Shown: positions 39,090 through 49,303, counted from the first letter of the stretch. The stretch is 64,000 bases of DNA from Pseudomonadota bacterium (GCA_043744215.1 JAYTVC010000032.1:2193-66192); one strand, 5' to 3'. The notes: generated from the sequence alone by a model not told the origin. Numbers and translations are program-made.

Positions 39090-40052
39090 TCAGGCCAGGC
39101 TGCCGCCGCAACTGCTGCCGTTGCCCGCTGTGCAGCCGTAGCAATGGTCGGCGATCATGATGGGGTTGCCGTTCAATTCAACCGTCATCAATTCCGATAA
39201 GTGCCGTTTGGGTTTGCCATCGAGTAGCAGCGGCATGCCGAGCATCTGGTTGAAATCGCAATCGTAAACGTAGCCGAGATAATCGACAGAGATCAGCGTG
39301 CGGCACATGACGTTTTCAAGATTCGCATCGGAATGCGCGCCGCGTAATAAATCCATGTAGCCTGCGAATTTCCCCTGTGTGACAAGGGTGCTGCCGAAGC
39401 GCTGAATCGGCATATTCGCGATAGCGAAAAGGTGATTAAAATCAATGGCATACCGCGCACCCAATTCACGCTTGTAATCGGCTTCTAATGAATTTTGCGC
39501 AGGAGGCAGCGACGGGCCTTGCGGGTTGTACACCAGATTTAATATCAGGCCGCTATCCGGTTTGCCATACCCTAAACCATTCAGTAATTGCAGCGCGCGA
39601 ATGCTTTTTTCATATACGCCGTCACCGCGTTGCTTGTTCACCAACTCTTCGGTATAGCAGGGCAGCGACGCTGTAATTTCTACTTTATTATCGGCAAGAA
39701 ATTGCGCCAAGTCTTCCTGGCCCGGCTCAAATAAAATTGTCAGATTGCATCGGTCAATGATGCGCAGGTTCAGTTTGCGTGCGGCCAGCACCAGGGTGCG
39801 GAAATGCGCATTGAGTTCTGGCGCGCCGCCGGTCATATCGAGCGTGGTGATGCCGGAGTGTTTCAGGTAATCGATCAACAGGTTGATGGTATCGAGTTGC
39901 ATCATCTCTTTGCGATCAGGGCTGGCATTCACATGACAATGCAGGCATGCCTGATTGCATTTGTAACCGAGGTTTACCTGCACACATGCCAGTTTTTGGC
40001 GATTGATGGACGGGAAGTTGGTTATTTTCAGCAGGGGGAGGGTGGCGTGCAT
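39090..40052 (-). CDS. arsS: Arsenosugar-type radical SAM protein ArsS (Cys form)
   Basis: QVNLGYKCNQACLHCHVNA, DMTGGAPELN, DRCNLT, SLPCY, YDCDFNQML, HCYGCTAGNGSSCGG; no in-frame TGA. Confidence 0.9.
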   Translation of the reverse strand: MHATLPLLKITNFPSINRQKLACVQVNLGYKCNQACLHCHVNASPDRKEMMQLDTINLLIDYLKHSGITTLDMTGGAPELNAHFRTLVLAARKLNLRIIDRCNLTILFEPGQEDLAQFLADNKVEITASLPCYTEELVNKQRGDGVYEKSIRALQLLNGLGYGKPDSGLILNLVYNPQGPSLPPAQNSLEADYKRELGARYAIDFNHLFAIANMPIQRFGSTLVTQGKFAGYMDLLRGAHSDANLENVMCRTLISVDYLGYVYDCDFNQMLGMPLLLDGKPKRHLSELMTVELNGNPIMIADHCYGCTAGNGSSCGGSLA

Positions 40053-40129
40053 GGGGTTTCCCGGTGGTTTTTTGCAGCTCAGGTTGCGGCGCGTTTTTTT
40101 GCGCGGTTACTTGTCGTGGCATTAGTGTT

Positions 40130-40159
40130 GTCAGGTAGCCTATCGGCAACCTGACCTAC
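40130..40159 (-). repeat. Single GTAG-type REP palindrome
   Basis: Minus strand GTAG-GTCAGGT-TGCCGATAGGCT-ACCTGAC. Confidence 0.55.
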
Positions 40160-40197
40160 AGTTTGAAACATTCTAGCGCATGGTGAGGCAAGGAGAA

Positions 40198-40938
40198 CTA
40201 ATTCTTCTTCGGCGCGGTGCCGTTTAAACTCCAATCGTATTTCAGGTGTTCGATTTGGTAGCTGTCAGTGGCAAGGTCTTTGGCCACATCAGCATCGCTG
40301 ACATATTTCGCCAGCCACTTTTGCACGCTGCCGGCGTCGCGTACGAAATCTTTTTCGTGCCATTCGAATATTTGCGAAATGCGCGCGGTTTTGGTTGGCT
40401 TGTCGAAAATATTTTTGCTGCTGTCGTTGACGAAGCCTTTGGCGTTTTCATCGAGTTGGCTGTCGAGCTTATCGGTGGTAAAGGTTTCGGAAATCAATTT
40501 AGGGCAGGACTTCGACGCGCACACGACGGCAACGTGGATGCGCGAATCGACGGGCTTCAAGTAGGTTTTTTCGAGGCCATCCAGCGTCAACGATTGGCCG
40601 CCCACATCCCATTTTTTGACAAAGAAATAGTTGGCGCGCGAGAACGCGTTGCTGGGCGAATAGCCGTCAACAATGCCTTTGATGGCCAGCGCGTTATAAG
40701 CGTTGATGTAATACACGAGTTTGTCGTTTTTTGTGTCGAGCTTGACTGGCTTGGCGAGTGCTTGCACGTACGACTCAAACGATGGATTGTTTTGGAAGCC
40801 GGGATAATTCACCGAGCCGTCTTTCACGTTGGCGCGCAAGAGGGCATCGAAGGGCGCATGCAAAATGTTTTCGGCATGAACGCCGCTGGAAAGCGTTATC
40901 AACGTCAAAGAGATTAACAATTTATTGATAATAATCAT
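40198..40938 (-). CDS. DUF547 exported protein
   Basis: YINAYNA, RIHVAVVCASKSCP, SQIFEW..DF, YDWSLN; TTG start uncertain. Confidence 0.88.
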   Translation of the reverse strand: MIIINKLLISLTLITLSSGVHAENILHAPFDALLRANVKDGSVNYPGFQNNPSFESYVQALAKPVKLDTKNDKLVYYINAYNALAIKGIVDGYSPSNAFSRANYFFVKKWDVGGQSLTLDGLEKTYLKPVDSRIHVAVVCASKSCPKLISETFTTDKLDSQLDENAKGFVNDSSKNIFDKPTKTARISQIFEWHEKDFVRDAGSVQKWLAKYVSDADVAKDLATDSYQIEHLKYDWSLNGTAPKKN

Positions 40939-40992
40939 ATAGTTACAATTTTCTGTGATGTGTGTCGATTAGTCGGACAGCCTGCATGTTGA

Positions 40993-41700
40993 TTACGCTT
41001 TTTTGCTGCGGAATTTTTTAATCAACACCGGCAACAGCGCAAACAAACCCAATAAGCCAAACGCAATCTTCACGTCGTTGGATAACAAATCACTCAAAGA
41101 ATTCAGCGAACCCAAAGATTGCCCCAGATTGGCAAACACAAACGAGCCGGGAATTATCCCCAACGCAGTGCCCAGGATATACGTTGGCAGTTTCATATTG
41201 GTGAAAGCTGGCGCGAGGTTGACCAGCCAGAAAGGGAACAAGGGGACAAGACGCAGAAACAACAAATAGCTGAGGGCGTTTTCAGAAAACCCCTGATTGA
41301 TTTTTTCACCAAAGCTGCCCATGCGGGCTTTGGCCCAATCGGCGAACAGATAGCGCGCCGCTAAAAATACCAATGCCGCGCCCAACGTCGCGGCGCACAC
41401 GATGATGCCGGTGCCTACCCAGCGGCCGAATAAAAATCCTGTCATCAGCGACAACACGATGCCGCCAGGAAAACTGAGCGCCGTAGAAACAGTGTAGATA
41501 AAAAACGTGGCGATGATGGCGAGCACATAATGTTCGCGTGTGAGCGCGAGCAATGCATCGCGGTTTTGTTTGATGGTATCAAGCGAAAGATATTTTTGCC
41601 CGCCGAGCAAAAAGAAGGCGGCAATGCCGCTGACAAACGCCGCCAATATCGCCAGCTTGATCCATTTGTTGCCCGCCGTTTTAGCCGAAGTTTCCATCAT
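40993..41700 (-). CDS. TVP38/TMEM64 (DedA-superfamily) membrane protein
   Basis: GFLFG, ATLGA..FL.ARY, LRLVPLFPFWLVN, GIIPGS; ATGA overlap with upstream gene. Confidence 0.88.
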   Translation of the reverse strand: MMETSAKTAGNKWIKLAILAAFVSGIAAFFLLGGQKYLSLDTIKQNRDALLALTREHYVLAIIATFFIYTVSTALSFPGGIVLSLMTGFLFGRWVGTGIIVCAATLGAALVFLAARYLFADWAKARMGSFGEKINQGFSENALSYLLFLRLVPLFPFWLVNLAPAFTNMKLPTYILGTALGIIPGSFVFANLGQSLGSLNSLSDLLSNDVKIAFGLLGLFALLPVLIKKFRSKKA

Positions 41701-43127
41701 GCGCCTCGAAATCCGGCGATGCGCATCAGCCATTTTTTCGCCGTGGGGGTGAAGCTCGCTTTGCGTTTCTGGTCGGCGGCGCGACGGTTGATTTGCGATA
41801 ACGTCGGATAAACATGAATGATGTCGCAAAGCTGTGTCGCTTTCATTTTTTGCGAAATCGCCAGTACGTATTCGTGAATTAATTCGCCCGCGTGGGGGCC
41901 GACGATGGCCGCACCGATGAGCACACCCTTTTTGTCGGTGAGAATTTTGGCGAAGCCTTCGGTCTCGCCCTCGGCGCGCGCGCGATCCATGTCGTCGAAC
42001 GGGAACTGATAAGTATCGTAGGGAATGTTTTGCGCGTTGGCTTCTACCTCCGATAAACCCACCCGCGCCAATTCCGGCTCGGTAAACGTGGCCCAGGGGA
42101 TTACGCGAGTTTGCACTCTTGCAGGTAATGGCGACGCGATGTTGCGCAACACGATGCCCGCGTGGTGTTCGGCCATGTGGGTGAACTGGTAACTGCCGAC
42201 GATATCGCCGGCGAGGTAAATATGTTTTTGTGAAGTCTGCAGGCGGTCATTGCTGATTATTTTGCCTTTTTCGACGGCAATGCCCGCAGCTTCGAGGCCG
42301 AGGTTTTCTACATTCATCCTGCGACCGGCGGCAACGAGAATGTGGCTGGCTTGTAAAACTTTTTCGCTGCCGTCATTATTTTTTAGGGTGAGGCGGATGT
42401 CGCCTTTGCCGCCTTCGACTTTCAACGGAGACACGCCAAGATGAAACTCGACGCCTTCGTGCTGCAATTGTTTCAGCACCACGTCGGATAAATCTTTATC
42501 TTCTTTGGGTAAAATCTGCGCGCTTAAATCAACGACGGTCACTTTGCTGCCCAGACGGCAAAAAGCCTGCGACATTTCAATGCCGATGGGCCCCGCGCCA
42601 ATCACGATCAGGCTGGGCACGTCTTCTTTCAAATTAAAAACGGTTTCGTTGGTGAGGTAGGGCAAATCGGCCAGGCCGGGAATGGGCGGCACGCCAGGGC
42701 GCGAGCCGGTGGCGATGACAAAATTTTTCGCCGTGATTTTTCGACCGTTGGCTTCGAAAGTATGGGTGTCGAGAAATTTGCCTTCGGCCAAAATCACATC
42801 GACGCCAAGGCCGCGGAAGCGCTCCGGGCTGTCATTGGGCTCGATGGACTGGATGACTTTGCCAACCCGCTGCATCACGGCGGCGATGCTGATGTGCGGT
42901 GTGACTGGCGCGATGCCGAAGCGCTCGGCGTCGCGCATGGTGCGGGCGACTTTGGCCGAATGTAAAAGTGTTTTGCTTGGCACGCAGCCGTAGTAGAGGC
43001 AATCGCCGCCGAGTTTGTGTTTTTCTACCAGGGCAACTTTTGCGCCTATCGACGCCCCGCCGGCGGCAACGACCAGGCCGCCCGCGCCCCCGCCGATGAC
43101 ACAGATATCGAATTCCGTATTCGCCAT
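41697..43127 (-). CDS. Pyridine nucleotide-disulfide oxidoreductase (Lpd/MerA-like family)
   Basis: GGGAGG, GGDCLYYGCVPSK, GAGPIG, HVYPTLS; no C-terminal Cys pair. Confidence 0.88.
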   Translation of the reverse strand: MANTEFDICVIGGGAGGLVVAAGGASIGAKVALVEKHKLGGDCLYYGCVPSKTLLHSAKVARTMRDAERFGIAPVTPHISIAAVMQRVGKVIQSIEPNDSPERFRGLGVDVILAEGKFLDTHTFEANGRKITAKNFVIATGSRPGVPPIPGLADLPYLTNETVFNLKEDVPSLIVIGAGPIGIEMSQAFCRLGSKVTVVDLSAQILPKEDKDLSDVVLKQLQHEGVEFHLGVSPLKVEGGKGDIRLTLKNNDGSEKVLQASHILVAAGRRMNVENLGLEAAGIAVEKGKIISNDRLQTSQKHIYLAGDIVGSYQFTHMAEHHAGIVLRNIASPLPARVQTRVIPWATFTEPELARVGLSEVEANAQNIPYDTYQFPFDDMDRARAEGETEGFAKILTDKKGVLIGAAIVGPHAGELIHEYVLAISQKMKATQLCDIIHVYPTLSQINRRAADQKRKASFTPTAKKWLMRIAGFRGA

Positions 43128-43303
43128 GGTGTGATCCCGATTTTTGTTGGTATGAAAACAGCCGAACCAGTCTGACAGCTTCAGTTTAGCAAACGGTCAG
43201 CCAGTTATTTTGGACTTGGGCCAGCTCGTTCGTCGCAAAGCTGGTCGCAAACTTACGGCAATCAGATTCGATCAGGCATGTTGATCGGTAGTAGACGTGT
43301 GGA

Positions 43304-44095
43304 TTACCAGAATTTCCACCACGGTTTGGTGGCTTCCTGATAACCGGAAAGATAAATACTTTGGGGAAAGTTCTTTTGCAGGACTTTTTTCGCATCATCG
43401 CGCAGGTCGGCCATGCCGAGCGTATTGTACGCATCCAGCATGATGCCTAGCGCTTCTTCAACGGCAGGCGCTTGCGGGTAGCGCGACAGCGCCTGCTGCG
43501 CGCGGTTGGCGGCGGCCAGTGGCGCACCGCGTTTGAGGTAGTAGCGCGCGACGTGAATTTCGTTCAGCGCCAATGAATTGACCAGATAATTCATGCGCTT
43601 TGTAGAATCTTCCGCATAACGGCTTTGCGGAAAACGGGTGACCAGGTCTTTGAACGCATCAAACGATTCGCGCGCGGCCTTGGGGTCGCGCTCGGACAGG
43701 TCGGTGGAATTCAATACGCCTAAAAAGCCCTTGTCGTCCTTGAAGCTGGCGAGGCCTTTGATGTAAATCGCGTAATCCACATTTTCATGGGTGGGATATT
43801 GTTTGATAAAACGGTCGGCGGTGGCGATGGCTTCCACGCCTTCGCCCTGTTTGTATTGGGCATAGGCGGTTTCAATCAACGATTGCTGGGCGATTTTGCC
43901 GAAGGGGTAGCGCGCGGCCAATTGCTCAAATAGTTTGATGGCGCGCTCGTAACTGCCGCCGTCGAGTTCGTCTTTGGCTTCTTTGTAATACTGCTCGGCA
44001 GTCCAGGTTTTGTTTTTGTCTACTGCGCTGGTGGTGCTGCAAGCGGCGAGCAGGGCGAGGCAAAACAGGGCAAATATCGTTACACTACGCATCAT
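43304..44095 (-). CDS. bamD: Outer-membrane assembly lipoprotein BamD
   Basis: Lipobox LAAC, TPRs, ERDP, EIHVARYY, AAANRA, KPWWKFW. Confidence 0.93.
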   Translation of the reverse strand: MMRSVTIFALFCLALLAACSTTSAVDKNKTWTAEQYYKEAKDELDGGSYERAIKLFEQLAARYPFGKIAQQSLIETAYAQYKQGEGVEAIATADRFIKQYPTHENVDYAIYIKGLASFKDDKGFLGVLNSTDLSERDPKAARESFDAFKDLVTRFPQSRYAEDSTKRMNYLVNSLALNEIHVARYYLKRGAPLAAANRAQQALSRYPQAPAVEEALGIMLDAYNTLGMADLRDDAKKVLQKNFPQSIYLSGYQEATKPWWKFW

Positions 44096-45104
44096 GATGC
44101 ATCCCGAGAAGATTTTGCAGGATTATAACCCAATCAACGACGAAGCGAACCTCACCGACGCCGCCGCCGACGAGATCGAGCTCACCCTGCCGCTGGATTG
44201 CGTCGGGTTGCGCCTTGATCAGGCGTTGTCGCAATTACTGCCGGAATATTCCCGCAGCCGCTTGCAACAATGGATCAAGGACGGGGCGATAACCGTTGAT
44301 GACGCACTGGCTTCGCCGAAGCAAAAAGTGCTGGGCGGCGAATTGGTGTTGGTGGAGCCGGCCGTGTCGCCGGAAGTTTCCGCTTACACGCCTGAAGCTA
44401 TTCCGCTCGATATCGTGTTTGAAGACGACGCCATTATCATCGTCAACAAGCCGCCGGGTTTGGTGACGCACCCCGGCAGTGGCAATTGGAGCGGCACTTT
44501 ACTCAATGCGTTGCTGCACCACGCGCCACAGGTGGCGCAGGTGCCGAGGGCCGGTATCGTCCACCGCTTGGATAAGGACACCAGCGGCTTGATGGTGGTG
44601 GCGAAAACTTTGCAGGCGCAAACCGATTTGGTGCGCCAATTGCAGGCCCGCAGCGTGAAGCGCGAATACCTGGCCATCGTCGAAGGCAGCGTGATGAACG
44701 ACGGGATGGTGAATGCGCCCATAGGCCGTCATCCGGTTATTCGCGTCAAAATGGCCGTGGTTGGCGACGGCAAAGATGCGCTGACCCATTATTCCGTTAT
44801 CGAAGCCTTGCCGCATCACACATTATTATTGTGCCGTCTCGAGACCGGCCGCACCCACCAGATCCGCGTACATATGCAGCACATCGGGCATGCGTTGGCG
44901 GGCGATGCGACTTATGGCGGCAAAGCCAAAAATTTTGGCACGAAGACCGAAGACGAAAAAATAAAAGCGGCGTTGCAGAAATTGTCGCGCCAGGCATTGC
45001 ACGCAACCAGATTGCAACTTACGCACCCGCAAACCGGCGAGCGCAGGCAATGGGAAGTGCCGATGCCCGCCGATATGCAAGCTCTGCTCGAGAGGTTGCG
45101 TTGA
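44094..45104 (+). CDS. rluD: 23S rRNA pseudouridine synthase RluD
   Basis: S4 RLDQAL..SRSRLQQWI, GIVHRLDKDTSG, ETGRTHQIRVH; start uncertain. Confidence 0.93.
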   Translation: MMHPEKILQDYNPINDEANLTDAAADEIELTLPLDCVGLRLDQALSQLLPEYSRSRLQQWIKDGAITVDDALASPKQKVLGGELVLVEPAVSPEVSAYTPEAIPLDIVFEDDAIIIVNKPPGLVTHPGSGNWSGTLLNALLHHAPQVAQVPRAGIVHRLDKDTSGLMVVAKTLQAQTDLVRQLQARSVKREYLAIVEGSVMNDGMVNAPIGRHPVIRVKMAVVGDGKDALTHYSVIEALPHHTLLLCRLETGRTHQIRVHMQHIGHALAGDATYGGKAKNFGTKTEDEKIKAALQKLSRQALHATRLQLTHPQTGERRQWEVPMPADMQALLERLR

Positions 45105-45844
45105 TGAACAAGGCCATGCCCGCCGATTGGATTATCCCCGACTGGCCCGCGCCGAAAAATGTGCGCACGCTGGTTACCACACGGACTGGCGGTGTGAGCC
45201 AGGGTGCGTTCGCCAGCATGAATCTCGGTGCGTTTGTAAACGACGAGGAAGCCGCCGTGGCGCAAAACCGCGCTCGCTTGCGTGAGCATCTGCCAGCCGA
45301 GCCAAAATGGTTGAAGCAGGTTCACGGCACGCGTGTGGTGGATGCCGATCAACCCGGCGATTTCACCGAAGCCGATGCCATGCTCGCGCGTAAAGCCCAT
45401 TGCGTTTGTGCCGTTACCACCGCCGATTGCCTACCGCTATTGTTGTGCAACGACGCGGGTACGGTGATCGCCGCCGCCCACGCGGGCTGGCGCGGGTTGT
45501 GCGCCGGGGTGATTGAAAATACGGTGAGCGCGATGAATGGGCCGGCCGGTTCATTGCTCGCTTATCTGGGGCCGGCCATCGGTGCGCAGAATTTTGAAGT
45601 GGGTAACGAAGTGCGCGGTGCGTTTATGCGACATGATGCGCAAGCGGCCGCGGCATTTGTTGCCAAAGAAAACGGCAAATGGCTGGCGGATATTTACCAG
45701 CTTGCACGACAACGATTGAATGCCGCTGGCGTGACGCGAATTTATGGCGGAGAATTTTGCACGGTGAGCGATGCGCGTTTTTTTTCACACCGCCGGGATA
45801 AAATCAGCGGACGCATGGCAGCGCTCATTTGGCGCGCAGAATAA
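45104..45844 (+). CDS. pgeF: PgeF/YfiH laccase-domain protein
   Basis: TTRTGGVS, QVHG, TADCLP, AHAGWRGL, FFSHRR; TGATG overlap with rluD. Confidence 0.92.
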   Translation: MNKAMPADWIIPDWPAPKNVRTLVTTRTGGVSQGAFASMNLGAFVNDEEAAVAQNRARLREHLPAEPKWLKQVHGTRVVDADQPGDFTEADAMLARKAHCVCAVTTADCLPLLLCNDAGTVIAAAHAGWRGLCAGVIENTVSAMNGPAGSLLAYLGPAIGAQNFEVGNEVRGAFMRHDAQAAAAFVAKENGKWLADIYQLARQRLNAAGVTRIYGGEFCTVSDARFFSHRRDKISGRMAALIWRAE

Positions 45845-45883
45845 ATATTAAAATATTCAATAAAATCAAATACTTACATAGAT

Positions 45884-46672
45884 ATGACCACTCTTCACTG
45901 GATTATCCTGACGACATTTTTGGGCGGCGCATTGTCGATCTGTATCGCGGCCGTATTTGCTTTTGCCGCGCGCGCCTCGTGGATTGGCAAGCTCATCAGT
46001 TACGCCATCGGCGCTTTACTGGGCGCGGTTTTCCTGGAAATTTTGCCTCACGCATTTGAGTTGACCAAAAGTATTCAGCATGTGACGGGGTCGATTCTGT
46101 TTGGCATCCTGCTGTTTTTCGTATTGGAAAAACTGGTGCTGTGGCGACATTCGCACGGCGATGAATTCGATGGCGATGGCGGGCACGGCCATTCCCATGG
46201 TCATGGCGCCGACCATGGCCGCAGCGGCCTGATGATCATGATCGGGACAACATTTCATAATCTGGTGGACGGCGTGATTATTGCTGCGGCGTTCATCGTC
46301 GATGTGAAGCTGGGCGTGGTCACGGCGCTGGCGATTGTGGCCCATGAGATTCCGCAGGAAGTCAGCGACTTTCTCATCCTGCTGCATTCCGGTTACACCA
46401 AGCGCCAGGCGTTGGCGGTGAACCTGCTCTCCAGCGCCGCCATGATGCTGGGCGGTGTGCTGGCCTATTTTGCGTTGCAGTCGTTGCAGCAAGTGATTCC
46501 TGTTCTGCTCGGCATCGCGGCCGCCAGCATGATTTACGTGGCGGTGGCCGACTTGATTCCCGGTTTGCACAAACGCACCCAACTCGCTGCGACGCTGGAG
46601 CAGATTTTGCTCATTGGACTTGGCGTCGGTTCCATTTGGTTGACCCATTTCGTCATGGGGCGTATTGCCTGA
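45884..46672 (+). CDS. ZIP-family metal transporter
   Basis: His-rich loop, HNLVDG, HEIPQE. Confidence 0.9.
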   Translation: MTTLHWIILTTFLGGALSICIAAVFAFAARASWIGKLISYAIGALLGAVFLEILPHAFELTKSIQHVTGSILFGILLFFVLEKLVLWRHSHGDEFDGDGGHGHSHGHGADHGRSGLMIMIGTTFHNLVDGVIIAAAFIVDVKLGVVTALAIVAHEIPQEVSDFLILLHSGYTKRQALAVNLLSSAAMMLGGVLAYFALQSLQQVIPVLLGIAAASMIYVAVADLIPGLHKRTQLAATLEQILLIGLGVGSIWLTHFVMGRIA

Positions 46673-46737
46673 TAGGGAAAACTAACATACTTGTGCCCGC
46701 AATTAGCCGGTGGTAGTCTTACCGCATAGAACGCAGA

Positions 46738-48489
46738 ATGTATTCGGGAATTCGTTTGATGAATGCGCACGTTGATGCAATCGGGTTGGAAAAGCTGGTC
46801 GAGACCATGAGTTTTGGCAGCCAGCAAATTATGCGCGACGTTCTGGAAAAAATCCGCAGCAATGCTTCTCCAGGTCTCGCCGAAGCCTATCAGGCACTGG
46901 CCCGGCATATGTCTGAACACCCTCAACATTGGGCCGACGCGCAACAACGCTTCTATGAGCAGCAAATGGGTTTGTGGATGCGCGCGCTGTCCATTCCTGC
47001 ACCCACTCCTCCCGTCGAAAAAAACGTATCCGACAAAAGATTTGCCGCGCCCGAGTGGGCGGCCTATCCCGTGTTTGATTACCTCAAAGAATCCTACCTC
47101 AATCTTTCCGGCATGTTGCTCGACGCGATTGAGACGTCCGATGTCGATCAAGCCACGCGAAAAAAATTAGTTTTTTTCACTAAACAATATCTCGATGCCG
47201 TGGCGCCTTCCAATTTCGCCTCGACCAACCCTGAAGTATTGAAGCTCGCGCTGGAAACCGAAGGTGCCAGCATGGCGGCCGGCATCAAACAGTTGGAAGC
47301 GGATATGGATAAAGGCCGCATTTCCATGACCGATGAAACGGCGTTTGAGGTAGGCCGCAACATCGGTGTCAGTGAAGGCTCGGTGGTGTTTGAGACGGAG
47401 TTGTTCCAGCTCATCCAATACAAACCGCTGACCAAAACCGTGTTTGAGCGGCCGCTGCTGATGGTGCCACCCTGCATCAACAAGTTTTACATCATGGATC
47501 TGCAGCCGGACAATTCGCTGGTGCGCTTTGCCGTCGAAAAGGGCCACACGGTGTTTATGATTTCCTGGCGCAACATCCCTGAATCGCTCGGTCATTTGGT
47601 GTGGGACGATTATATCGCCGGGTTGATCAAGGCGATGGAAGTGACGCAGGCCATTACCAAACAGAAAAAAATGAATGCATTGGGTTTTTGCGTAGGCGGC
47701 ACGATATTGTCCAGCGCGCTGGCCGTGCTGCGCGCGCGGGGAGAAAGCCCGGTCGCCAGCCTCACTTTAATGACGTCGCTGCTGGAGTTTTCCCAAGTGG
47801 GCGATATCAGCGTGTATGTGAATCGCGAGTTCGTTGAGGAGAAAGAAAAAAAATATGCACAGGGTGGCGTGATGCCCGGTGCCGATTTGGCGACGGCATT
47901 TTCCAGTTTGCGGCCCAACGATCTGATCTGGAATTACGTGGTGAACAATTACCTCAAAGGCAAGGCGCCGCCCGCCTTTGATTTGCTTTATTGGAACAGT
48001 GACAGTACCAATTTACCCGGCCCCATGTTTGCGCAGTACGTCAGAAACACTTACTTCGAAAATAATCTGGTCAAGCGCAACAAGCTCATTATGTGTGGCG
48101 AAAAAATTGATCTTGAAGCGATCAATCTGCCAACCCTGGCCTTCGCCGCGCGGGAAGATCATATTGTTCCCTGGCGCGCCGCTTTTGAGAGCGCCAAGTA
48201 CGTAGGCGGCAAGGTTGAATTTGTATTGGGCGCGTCAGGCCATATCGCAGGCTCCATCAATTCCGCCAGGAAAAACAAGCGCAATTACTGGGTGGGCAAG
48301 AAGTTTGTGGCCGATGCCGATAAATGGTTCGACAGCGCCGTTTCGCACGAAGGCAGTTGGTGGAACCATTGGGCGCAATGGCTCAAGCCCCACGCTGGAA
48401 AACAAGTGGCTGCTAGGGTTAAGCTGGGTAATGCAACATTCAAGCCGATCGAGCCCGCGCCGGGCCGTTATGTAAAGGAGCGTTGTTGA
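46738..48489 (+). CDS. phaC: Class I PHA synthase
   Basis: PPCINKFYIMDL, lipase box GFCVGG, DLLYWNSD, EDHIVPW, SGHIAG; start uncertain. Confidence 0.95.
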   Translation: MYSGIRLMNAHVDAIGLEKLVETMSFGSQQIMRDVLEKIRSNASPGLAEAYQALARHMSEHPQHWADAQQRFYEQQMGLWMRALSIPAPTPPVEKNVSDKRFAAPEWAAYPVFDYLKESYLNLSGMLLDAIETSDVDQATRKKLVFFTKQYLDAVAPSNFASTNPEVLKLALETEGASMAAGIKQLEADMDKGRISMTDETAFEVGRNIGVSEGSVVFETELFQLIQYKPLTKTVFERPLLMVPPCINKFYIMDLQPDNSLVRFAVEKGHTVFMISWRNIPESLGHLVWDDYIAGLIKAMEVTQAITKQKKMNALGFCVGGTILSSALAVLRARGESPVASLTLMTSLLEFSQVGDISVYVNREFVEEKEKKYAQGGVMPGADLATAFSSLRPNDLIWNYVVNNYLKGKAPPAFDLLYWNSDSTNLPGPMFAQYVRNTYFENNLVKRNKLIMCGEKIDLEAINLPTLAFAAREDHIVPWRAAFESAKYVGGKVEFVLGASGHIAGSINSARKNKRNYWVGKKFVADADKWFDSAVSHEGSWWNHWAQWLKPHAGKQVAARVKLGNATFKPIEPAPGRYVKERC

Positions 48490-48559
48490 TCCGCATCAAT
48501 GTGGATGAAAAAAATAATGACGATAATCGTAACTAAAATAATTTATGGAGGAGCACATC

Positions 48560-49303
48560 ATGAGTCAGCGTATCGCGATTGTAACGGGCGGCATGGGCGG
48601 TTTGGGTGAAAGTATCAGCACCAAGTTGCACAGCCAGGGCCATAAAGTAGTGGTGACCTATTCTCCCGGCAACACCAAGGCAACCCAATGGCAGGACGAC
48701 ATGCGGCGGCAAGGCTATTCATTTTATTGTTATCCGCTCGACATTACCGACTATGACGCCTGCGCGGCGATGGTCGAGAAGGTGGAAAAAGAAGTGGGAC
48801 CCATCGACATTCTGGTCAACAACGCCGGCATCACGCGGGACATGACCTTCAAAAAAATGGGCAAAGGCGATTGGGATGCGGTGATCGACACCAACCTGAA
48901 TAGCGTATTCAACATGTGCAAGCCGGTACTCGACGATATGGTGACGCGAGGCTGGGGCCGCATTATCAACGTGTCGTCGGTGAACGGCCAGAAGGGTGCC
49001 TTTGGCCAAACCAATTATGCGGCGGCCAAGGCCGGTATGCACGGATTCACCAAAGCGTTAGCACTGGAAGTGGCGAAAAAAGGCGTGACGGTGAATACTA
49101 TTTCGCCGGGTTATATCGGCACCAAAATGGTGACGGCCATTCCGGAAGAAGTGCTGAACACTAAAATTATTCCGCAAATTCCCGTGGGGCGGTTGGGTGA
49201 GCCGGAAGAAATTGCGGGCCTGATCGCTTACCTCACATCGGACGAAGCGGCATTCATTACCGGCGCGAATATTTCCATCAACGGCGGCCAGCATATGTTT
49301 TAA
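48560..49303 (+). CDS. phaB: Acetoacetyl-CoA reductase
   Basis: TGGMGGLG, NNAGITRD, SSVNGQKG.FGQTNYAAAK; GGAGGAG RBS. Confidence 0.93.
   Translation: MSQRIAIVTGGMGGLGESISTKLHSQGHKVVVTYSPGNTKATQWQDDMRRQGYSFYCYPLDITDYDACAAMVEKVEKEVGPIDILVNNAGITRDMTFKKMGKGDWDAVIDTNLNSVFNMCKPVLDDMVTRGWGRIINVSSVNGQKGAFGQTNYAAAKAGMHGFTKALALEVAKKGVTVNTISPGYIGTKMVTAIPEEVLNTKIIPQIPVGRLGEPEEIAGLIAYLTSDEAAFITGANISINGGQHMF

Noticed and set aside
39090-40052. Selenocysteine recoding in ArsS
   Set aside because: ORF is open with Cys at the motifs; the only TGA follows the conserved SSCGG end
41697-43127. merA call
   Set aside because: No NmerA domain, no C-terminal Cys-Cys pair, no mer genes nearby
44090-44099. Head-to-head overlapping starts of bamD and rluD
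   Set aside because: Familiar tight divergent pair, and the rluD start is uncertain
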